Positions 13,536 to 20,000 of a stretch of DNA of 20,000 nt are shown here, in pieces. Each line of letters opens with the position of its first letter. The first letter of the stretch is position 1. The stretch lies in the IMG/VR virus record IMGVR_UViG_3300047319_001119, one strand, 5' to 3'. The notes under the pieces are model-generated. The model worked only from the letters and a program-made list of their open reading frames with translations, searched no databases and was not told where the DNA came from. The translations under genes and the position numbers were made by a program. Source of the stretch: an uncultured virus (IMG/VR IMGVR_UViG_3300047319_001119) (taxonomy: Duplodnaviria; Heunggongvirae; Uroviricota; Caudoviricetes).

Positions 13536-13695
13536 CACCTTTCACCGCATCGAGGATTCGTTCGAGGTACGCCCGATCAGCCACCGGACCAATCGCCCAA
13601 TCCTTGAAGCCTTGAGTTTTCGCCCATAACGCCACCTTCTCAGCGGCCAGCATGACGTCAGGTGGAACGTCGAGGTTAAGAATCAGCTTTCTCAT
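13528..13695 (-). CDS. Hypothetical protein, 55 aa (MRKLILNLDVPPDVMLAAEKVALW...), absent from the ORF track
   Basis: Translated by hand; ATGA overlaps at both ends (13695-13692, 13531-13528). Confidence 0.7.
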   Translation of the reverse strand: MRKLILNLDVPPDVMLAAEKVALWAKTQGFKDWAIGPVADRAYLERILDAVKGDE

Positions 13696-13868
13696 GGGGT
13701 TCTCTCAATCGCTTTGATAGCGCGATAAATATGCCGGACCTTGTTGTAACTTACGCCAAGCAGGTAAGCGGCGCGCTCGGCGCGCAGGCCACAATGAAAC
13801 GCCAAGCTAACTGCGCGCAGCCTGAGCATATCATCAGCCACTGTTTGCCTGAGTTCTTCCTTACTCAT
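13692..13868 (-). CDS. Small helix-turn-helix protein, 58 aa
   Basis: ATGA-coupled start MSKEEL; AERAAYLLGVSYNKVRHIY fits the HTH pattern. Confidence 0.65.
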   Translation of the reverse strand: MSKEELRQTVADDMLRLRAVSLAFHCGLRAERAAYLLGVSYNKVRHIYRAIKAIERTP

Positions 13869-14407
13869 GGCCGTGGGAGAACTTCGTCGTGAGCAAACCG
13901 GAGCGTTGCGCCGATGCTCACCCAATCTGAGAACTTGTACGCGTTCGCTGCCCGAGCTGCGTAAGTAATCGCGCTTCGGTGAAGGGATAATTCGTGCATC
14001 CGCTGCGGATCGCGCGCGCTGGCTATTTCCTTGTCCATGACGATAGGTGGCACAGCGAAAATCTTGTCGCCCTGATACATCGCAACCGCAGAATGACCGC
14101 CGACTCCGGTGAACCCGACCTTTCCCGAACAAAAGGCGTACAACTTTTCATCAGGATGACTCCGACAAAACGCTATCATCTTAGCCTCTGATTCCTGCGC
14201 CAGAAGCTCGATTGTCGGCTTGATTTCGATCAGTCCCAATCCGGTCACGCGGAAATCCGGCAAGTAACCACTGACGCGCTCCGGTTCGTACTTCCATTTA
14301 AGACCGAGAGTGTCGAAGAAGATCGCCCAACGACCTTCGAGGGTGCTTCGGACTGCGAGAGGACCGTTAGACAACTGGACTTCCCTGATTCGACGTTGTG
14401 TTCTCAT
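13865..14407 (-). CDS. PD-(D/E)XK-family nuclease, 180 aa
   Basis: RSTLEGRWAIFFD.LG..W.YEPE...YLPDF...IEIKP; ATGA-coupled start. Confidence 0.8.
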   Translation of the reverse strand: MRTQRRIREVQLSNGPLAVRSTLEGRWAIFFDTLGLKWKYEPERVSGYLPDFRVTGLGLIEIKPTIELLAQESEAKMIAFCRSHPDEKLYAFCSGKVGFTGVGGHSAVAMYQGDKIFAVPPIVMDKEIASARDPQRMHELSLHRSAITYAARAANAYKFSDWVSIGATLRFAHDEVLPRP

Positions 14408-15210
14408 ATTTCCACCGGCAATCTGGATTTTTCGTGACGCCACCATTCTTCGCGTAGCCCGTTGCTGGGAACATCAGCCCATGTGTGCCACGCCATTATT
14501 TTCTCGCGCTTATCGGGGTAGCGTTCAACCGCCCATGACTTGAACCGATCCGGCAAATCGATCTTGCTTTTGTCGAGCGGAGCAACGCCAGCGAAACCTC
14601 GTTTGGAAGGATCAGGGCGCGGCTCGACAAGTCCAGTGTAGCCCTGCTCAAGGGAATGATTGATCGCCCTGATAGCCCGTGCTTCGCCCATTGCTTTGAG
14701 TCTGGAGAACTGCCGCTTGATCGCTTCGGGGGTTAAAGTTTGGCGTTTGTGCTTCCGGTGGTTTTCCCATTCCGTCCATGCCTCCTGAAATTTTTGCGAA
14801 GCGTATGGGGGTTCCTGATGGTTATTGAGGGTTCTCTTGGCACCAGCGCCCCCATTACACGCACCAGCGCCCCCATTAGGCGCACCAGCGACACCATTAC
14901 TAAATGGTATCGTTTTGGTCACTGTTTCACTCTGTCCCGCTTCGTTCGCCCACGTTAAGCGCCAAACTTTGATCTTCTTAGTTGCCCCCACGCGCTGGCC
15001 AGTGTCCACGATAAATCCCGCCGCTTCGAGGCGAGCTAGCGCCCTCATTACCGTCCTGCGGTCATACTCGGTCTTGCGACAAAGAAGCGTCAACGATGGG
15101 AAGGTTTTTCCGGCCTCGCTAGTGTGATCCGCCAGAGCGATAAGCACGGATTTGTCGCAAGGCGAACCAATGGTGTTGTCGAACACCCAAGTTATCGCTC
15201 TCAGGCTCAT
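14404..15210 (-). CDS. Phage replication initiator (N-terminal winged HTH, lambda O-like organisation), 268 aa
   Basis: MSLRAITW...KSVLIALAD.....TFPSL..L...TE.DRRTV.RAL..LE..GFI; linker containing DNA repeats; C-terminal W.EW..HRK...LT...SLEQGYTGL domain. Confidence 0.85.
   Translation of the reverse strand: MSLRAITWVFDNTIGSPCDKSVLIALADHTSEAGKTFPSLTLLCRKTEYDRRTVMRALARLEAAGFIVDTGQRVGATKKIKVWRLTWANEAGQSETVTKTIPFSNGVAGAPNGGAGACNGGAGAKRTLNNHQEPPYASQKFQEAWTEWENHRKHKRQTLTPEAIKRQFSRLKAMGEARAIRAINHSLEQGYTGLVEPRPDPSKRGFAGVAPLDKSKIDLPDRFKSWAVERYPDKREKIMAWHTWADVPSNGLREEWWRHEKSRLPVEI
14840..14899. repeat. Three 18-bp direct repeats at 21-bp period (putative iterons/replication origin)
   Basis: GCACCAGCGCCCCCATTA at 14840 and 14861, GCACCAGCGACACCATTA at 14882, inside the initiator gene linker. 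Confidence 0.75.
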
Positions 15211-15379
15211 CGGCTCAAGTGACGCGCTCCCGCGCTCCCGCTGTCCACAACCTTCGGCACATGAGGAAGAAAAGAGGAGCTTGCGCTCCAAGAAAGGACT
15301 CCCCCGTGAATAGCCGCGTTTGAACGGGCCGCTTTTAGCGCGTCATTTGAACCGATCACCATAGGCTGTGGACATTTGA
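15209..15379 (-). promoter_or_regulatory. Structured intergenic leader of the replication initiator (two long-range inverted repeats and a GNRA hairpin with U-rich tail)
   Basis: 15209-15228 versus 15337-15356 (18/20 inverted match); 15242-15253 versus 15363-15374 (11/12); GGAGC-GCAA-GCTCC-TCTTTTCTT at 15289-15267. Confidence 0.65.
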
Positions 15380-16309
15380 TCACTTTTTATCAGAAGCCGA
15401 ATAATCCGCAAGAGCATTTAGGTTGAGAATCGCGTTTCTCCGCGTAGCCACAGCTTTGTGCGCTGCGCGTGAGCGCCGCAAAAACATCAGTCGTTCCGCC
15501 GGGCAATCGTAGATTAGACAAGGATCGCCGTTCTCGAACTCGAGTACCACATTGGCAAAATCTTCCGGTCCCAGCTTAATAAATGAAATCGGTGAGCTGT
15601 CTGTCCGCGCGCTCGCCAGCAACAAAGCGCACATCGGCATCCGTTCACCTTGGTAAAGAATGACTGACCGCAGCCGTTTAAGTAAACTATTGCCAAGCAG
15701 GAAAATGATCCGGCCTTGAACGTAATCGGGAATCGCGCTACCGAGAAACCAATGTTCCTCCTCGTTTTCGTAATCGTAATCGTTCATTTGTTTAGACCAG
15801 TACTTTTTTCGAGCCTCAATCGAGAGCGGTAGAACGTCGCGACCATAAGAGAAGGTCAACATCATGACGCCTCGCGCTTGTACCAACGTGGAATTGACTC
15901 GAATTAGCTGTGGAAGCGAAAGCGACGGATTAGCGCACAAATCGAGATCGATCAGATCGAAAGGCCCTTTCTCTTTGAGCTGTGGATTCACGAAAACTTT
16001 CGTTTGGTTGTAGCCGTTCCCGAAACCTTCGTGGTGCACAATTTCAGTCACTGGCGATATGTCGCATTGCATGATTGCGTCCGCCGAACAGGCAGCTCGC
16101 GCCGCGTACTCCCACTGTTTGTCCACGCAGAGGATATGACAACGCGGCATAAGTTCCCGAACCGCTTTACACTCCCCCGTCGGCTCGGGACCAGCCAATA
16201 GCAACACACGCCAAGCGCCATTATGAACGCCGTCGCGAGCTTGCAGGTAGTATTTCGCTAACTTTAAGTGTTCCCCTCTGGCTACCCGTTTTTGGTCGGT
16301 CGTGATCAC
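15380..16309 (-). CDS. Class I SAM-dependent methyltransferase-like protein, 309 aa, substrate unknown
   Basis: GTGA-coupled start; RVLLLAG (motif I-like), ILCVDK, CDI, FDLIDLDLC and RGVMMLTF appear in Rossmann-MTase order. Confidence 0.6.
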   Translation of the reverse strand: MITTDQKRVARGEHLKLAKYYLQARDGVHNGAWRVLLLAGPEPTGECKAVRELMPRCHILCVDKQWEYAARAACSADAIMQCDISPVTEIVHHEGFGNGYNQTKVFVNPQLKEKGPFDLIDLDLCANPSLSLPQLIRVNSTLVQARGVMMLTFSYGRDVLPLSIEARKKYWSKQMNDYDYENEEEHWFLGSAIPDYVQGRIIFLLGNSLLKRLRSVILYQGERMPMCALLLASARTDSSPISFIKLGPEDFANVVLEFENGDPCLIYDCPAERLMFLRRSRAAHKAVATRRNAILNLNALADYSASDKK

Positions 16310-18093
16310 ACTATCGCGTCCTCCCTGACAACGCCGATCGCTTGCATATGTCGCCAGACCAACGGGTGACCTTGTTGTTTTTCCGTCGGTTCCACCCAAT
16401 CCTGTTCACTGAGCCAGCGCCAATACGAGGCTGGCACCTGATTAAGCGTCCAGCTCCGTTTGGCCGGCAGCCCGAATGGGAATGGGTAATCGTTCCCTAA
16501 AAATGTGTACGCCTGTTCCTCGCTGTAGCGCAGCGCGCCGACGACATTGCGCTTTTCCAGCGCCCGCAGGGTGCGAAACCCACAAAGACCGGCAGTTTTA
16601 CGGGCGAAAATCGCGGTAGTCAGCGCCGAGGCGTGACCTTTGTCCTTCACCGTCGCGCAGTCGATCCCGTTGCGCTCAAGGAACTCCACCTGCTTATCGG
16701 TGGGCTTGCCGTGATGCCAGTGCATCGTCGGCTCGTAATCCTCCAACTCCTTGTCGTGCATCACCGCGGCGTACAGCTTGGCGTCGACCAGGCCGTGCAT
16801 GGCGCGGCGTTTGGCCGCTCGGAGCAATTCTTCCTTGAGTTGCTGCTCGCGCTCGGCCTGCACATCACTGGCGACTGATTGCAGGTCCAGCATTTCGCCC
16901 TGTTTGAGCTTCGCTCCGATAGCCGCCCTTTCGCCCACGTTGGCCGCTACGAGGTCGGCTGGACCTTGCAGGCCGAATCTCTCGGCATGGAACAAAAGGT
17001 CGAGGATTAGGGCGTCTGGCTTCGCGCTTGAGGCGATTGCGGCCCTTCTTTGATTGGCGTGAGGGATTCCATCGACCACACCGGGCAGTACCCGCCCGAT
17101 CCGGCCTACCTTCTGGCGCCAGATGCCCGCGCTGCGCGTCGGCGTCAGGTTGAGCAGGCAATCGCACGGCGGGCAATCCCATCCGGTCGAGAGCAGGCTG
17201 GAACAGGAAATCAGCTCAAACTGGCGTTGCTCGAAGGCTTTTTCGATCTCGAATTTATCAGGACTCTTGCCGTCCACATGGCGAGCGTTGATGCCGAGCG
17301 CGCGGCAGATCCGCACAAACTCGATCGAGGACTTAATCAGCGGCAGAAAGGCGACGATCTGGCGACCGCTGGCGTGTTCCACGAGCATCTTGGCGATCCG
17401 CGTGTAATACGGCAGGATCTTCGAGTGCAGCCCTTCCTTGTCGTAGTCGGGCCCATCAAACCCCTGCTTCTGCTGGACGTCTGAAATGTCGATCTCCACC
17501 GGCAGGGTCAAGACCTTGATCGGCGTGATGTAGCCTTCGTCTATCAGGGAGAACAGGCCCAGCTCGAACGCTACGGTCTGGTAGTAGGCCGAGAGATCCT
17601 TGAGTTTCGCTCGGAACGCCGTTGCAGTTTGTCCGCATACCTTTGCAGTTCGGAAATAATCGGTGATGACCTTGGCCTGCTCGACCGATCGGTGAGCCTC
17701 ATCGACAAAGATGTATTGGAAGTGGTCGCGGGGGTAGCGTTCGAGCCGGTGTTCGCGGGAAAGAGTCTGAATAGAACCGACAACGACCTGCGAGAGTCGG
17801 CTGGCCTTACTATCGGCTTTGTCCAGAGCGGCCGTAATGCCGATGAGCCGGTGAAACTTGTCGAGGGGCTGCTGGCATAACTCGTCACGATCCGCGAGAT
17901 ACAGAAACTTGCCGCGATGCGACACGGCCTCGCACACAAGACCCGCCACAATCGTTTTACCGGAGCTGGTAGGGATATTGAGGACACAGGAGCGGTAGGT
18001 TTCTCCCTCGCCCTTATACCACGGCTTTACTCCCCACGTTGTGAGGATCCGCTCGCGGGCCTCGGCCTGGTAATCTCGCGGCTGAACGTTCAT
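16306..18093 (-). CDS. SF2 DEAD/DEAH-box helicase (ResIII/YejH-like), 595 aa
   Basis: PRDYQ, PTSSGKT, DEAH, TAT, LLSTGWDCP, QKVGRIGR; ATGA-coupled start. Confidence 0.92.
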   Translation of the reverse strand: MNVQPRDYQAEARERILTTWGVKPWYKGEGETYRSCVLNIPTSSGKTIVAGLVCEAVSHRGKFLYLADRDELCQQPLDKFHRLIGITAALDKADSKASRLSQVVVGSIQTLSREHRLERYPRDHFQYIFVDEAHRSVEQAKVITDYFRTAKVCGQTATAFRAKLKDLSAYYQTVAFELGLFSLIDEGYITPIKVLTLPVEIDISDVQQKQGFDGPDYDKEGLHSKILPYYTRIAKMLVEHASGRQIVAFLPLIKSSIEFVRICRALGINARHVDGKSPDKFEIEKAFEQRQFELISCSSLLSTGWDCPPCDCLLNLTPTRSAGIWRQKVGRIGRVLPGVVDGIPHANQRRAAIASSAKPDALILDLLFHAERFGLQGPADLVAANVGERAAIGAKLKQGEMLDLQSVASDVQAEREQQLKEELLRAAKRRAMHGLVDAKLYAAVMHDKELEDYEPTMHWHHGKPTDKQVEFLERNGIDCATVKDKGHASALTTAIFARKTAGLCGFRTLRALEKRNVVGALRYSEEQAYTFLGNDYPFPFGLPAKRSWTLNQVPASYWRWLSEQDWVEPTEKQQGHPLVWRHMQAIGVVREDAIV

Positions 18094-18293
18094 CGCCCGA
18101 CGAACCGTGAACACTCACACAACCAGAAAACGCCTTCGTGCTTACAATGGCCGCGCCCGTTGAAATGCTTGTCGCGCGGATGCCCGCACCGGACGCATTG
18201 CGATAAAACCTCATCCAGTGACCGCTCCGGTGGCTGTAGCGCCGGACAATAGATCGGGTCACGCTTCCCTGTGTAAGCTGTGTGGGTGTTCAT
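18090..18293 (-). CDS. Small Cys/His-rich zinc-binding protein, 67 aa
   Basis: CVRCGHPRDKH...C...CECSRF; ATGA overlaps at both ends. Confidence 0.7.
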   Translation of the reverse strand: MNTHTAYTGKRDPIYCPALQPPERSLDEVLSQCVRCGHPRDKHFNGRGHCKHEGVFWLCECSRFVGR

Positions 18294-19117
18294 CCGGTAA
18301 TCTTGTGCGAGAGCGCCTTGCAAGCCTTGACTGAAATGTCGAATCCCTCGACCGAACAGGTGTAATAGAGGCCCGCGGTGCCAAGGCAATGATTTTGGAG
18401 CTCGTGCACGGTTGTGTCGGCGCTGGGAGTAGAATTAACAAACTTCATGGCGCGCGCTACGTCCCAATGGTTCGCCATAATCAGGTAGTGGACCTGCTTC
18501 ATCTTGGACGGATGAAAGGCCGAGAGCGCGATAACGTCTTTACGCGAAAGTCCGATCGTTCCGTCCTGTATGGCTTTACGGTCAGCCCGCCCATAAACCC
18601 GCTCGATTACGTCGAAAGCCTCGGCAACCTCGGGATCAGCTTCCAGATCCGCGCGTGTCCAGCCATCGCTATCATCCTTGTCGGTGCGCTTACTCTTTCG
18701 GACCGCTTTCTCGTTGTCACGGTACCACCGGTCAACGTAGGTGATGTAATTACGCTCGACCGGATTATCGAACTCGTCCTGCACCTGCCCGAACACCATC
18801 TGGATCGCTTCGTTCGAGGGCAACCGGGCGAGCGCCCATGCGTGACGCGCCGGTAACTCGGCACCGGTGATCGCCTCGACCTCAGCTCGCTGGACCACTC
18901 GCTTAACCGAGTCAGCGGTCCCTAACCGGTCGTCGATGTGAGCGCAGTATTCTTGGAAGGTTTTGAATCCGAGCGCAACGTAGCCTTGGCGCTCCCGCAT
19001 TTCCATGACCAGAGGGGCTACGTTCCGATACCAGTTGTCGGTGGCGCCCAAGATGCGCTCATCCAACGCCTCGGCTTCGGCTTTGGTCATCTTCCTTTCG
19101 GTTGATAGTGTGTTCAT
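18290..19117 (-). CDS. Hypothetical phage protein, 275 aa, probably DNA-binding (N-terminal GY..LGFKTFQEYC helical domain)
   Basis: ATGA-coupled start at 19117; the motif recurs in phage replication-region proteins. Function is inferred. Confidence 0.7.
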   Translation of the reverse strand: MNTLSTERKMTKAEAEALDERILGATDNWYRNVAPLVMEMRERQGYVALGFKTFQEYCAHIDDRLGTADSVKRVVQRAEVEAITGAELPARHAWALARLPSNEAIQMVFGQVQDEFDNPVERNYITYVDRWYRDNEKAVRKSKRTDKDDSDGWTRADLEADPEVAEAFDVIERVYGRADRKAIQDGTIGLSRKDVIALSAFHPSKMKQVHYLIMANHWDVARAMKFVNSTPSADTTVHELQNHCLGTAGLYYTCSVEGFDISVKACKALSHKITG

Positions 19118-20000
19118 AAATTCATTTCGGCTATGAAGCGGCTCGGCTCGGGATAGATTGCCGCGCCCCACTTGGGCTTGCGCTGCTTCGACCAACTGAT
19201 GTGAACCGCTTGGCGCGCGCGCGTCAACGCTACAAAGGCGAGGCGCCGTTCTTCCTCAAGAAAAGTTCCCAATCGCACCGCGCTCCAAGCGTGTTCCTCG
19301 AACGCCGGTAAACACACCACATCGAACTCCCTGCCCTTGGCTGAATGAATGGTCCCGACATAGACCGAGCCTTCTGGTGTCGATTTGTCGGTGCGCTGGT
19401 TAGCGTTCAGATCTTGGAGCAGATCGGCCAGTGAGGAATCCTCGGCCATGAGCGCCATGCGCGCCTTGATCGCGTAAATCGTTTCCTGCCCGACGCCGTG
19501 TAGAGCCAGATACTCAAGCAGTTCCTGCATATTGCCCGTAGGTGGAGCGCCTTTGATCCGGTCAGTCAGGTATTCCCCTCTGGCTTGTCCTTCGATTTTC
19601 CACCGGTCCACCTGTGCGCTATCGTGATCCAGCCGCAGGAACCGCTCCGCTAGAATCTCGTTGTAGGGCGCCAGTTCGAGTCCGATCAAAAGGAGCGCCC
19701 TGTGCCAATCCGGTGGCGTCCGTTGAAACTCGTAGCCCGCGTAAACGGGTATGGACGTATTGCCGCGCAGGTAATCAAAGACGCGCTGCACTTCGTGATT
19801 AGTGCGGCACAACACGGCTCTCGATCCTCCGAAACCCGCCAGAATGCGCGCCACCGAACTTAGTTCGCTCCACGTATCGTCGTGCGCAGTCACCGTCACT
19901 TCGCCCTCGTAACTGGTGACAGCGATCGTGTCCTTCTCGTACCGGCTCTCGTTGTGCTTGATAAGCGCGTTGGCCGCGCGGCAGATCGCGGCAGCGCAGC
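19114..20000 (-). CDS. UvrD/Rep/PcrA-family SF1 helicase, C-terminal part (5' end outside the window)
   Basis: Frame open to the edge (C..AICRAANALIKHN..R..K); AVLCRTN, TIHSAKGREFDVV, EEERRLAFVALTRAR, PSRFI. Confidence 0.92.
   Translation of the reverse strand, partial: CAAAICRAANALIKHNESRYEKDTIAVTSYEGEVTVTAHDDTWSELSSVARILAGFGGSRAVLCRTNHEVQRVFDYLRGNTSIPVYAGYEFQRTPPDWHRALLLIGLELAPYNEILAERFLRLDHDSAQVDRWKIEGQARGEYLTDRIKGAPPTGNMQELLEYLALHGVGQETIYAIKARMALMAEDSSLADLLQDLNANQRTDKSTPEGSVYVGTIHSAKGREFDVVCLPAFEEHAWSAVRLGTFLEEERRLAFVALTRARQAVHISWSKQRKPKWGAAIYPEPSRFIAEMNL

Noticed and set aside
12879..13607. 242-aa antisense ORF over the methyltransferase (a possible third coding frame)
   Set aside because: No recognisable motifs or translation signals; expected by chance opposite GC-rich double-coding DNA.
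15315..15356. GGTTCAAAT and GTTCAAA T-loop-like words on the minus strand suggesting a tRNA
   Set aside because: No T-stem closure, D-arm, anticodon arm or acceptor stem could be built.
13692..19195. Long N-terminal extensions in the ORF track (starts 14132, 14446, 15291, 16399, 18114, 18389, 19195)
   Set aside because: Downstream starts coupled by ATGA/GTGA overlaps, or at the domain boundary for 15210, fit better and avoid large overlaps.

Overview
Gene-dense bacteriophage or prophage DNA; the host cannot be determined from this window. Most neighbouring genes are coupled by ATGA/GTGA/TAATG overlaps. Positions 1-1986 (+) hold eight small hypothetical ORFs ending at an intrinsic terminator (2009-2037). 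The rest is one minus-strand run. It begins with a replication/DNA-modification module (20000-11327): UvrD-like SF1 helicase (partial), SF2 DEAH helicase, a lower-GC SAM-methyltransferase-like gene, an HTH replication initiator with internal iterons, two PD-(D/E)XK nucleases, a C5 DNA methyltransferase and several small Zn-binding proteins. A virion fibre/adhesin cassette follows (11282-2804). The most notable observations are: (1) the C5 methyltransferase appears split over two fully nested same-strand reading frames, with motif IX and WPTP repeats in the alternative frame, whose ATG is coupled to the upstream stop codon; (2) the 170-nt leader of the replication initiator has two crossing long-range stems (pseudoknot topology) covering the start codon, plus a terminator-like hairpin; (3) a modular fibre cassette has two 20-aa-repeat proteins sharing a C-terminal YxLPFPTGN motif, two tandem paralogues, and a circularly permuted LamG-like domain inserted in the repeat stalk. 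All family calls come from motif recognition by eye, not database searches.
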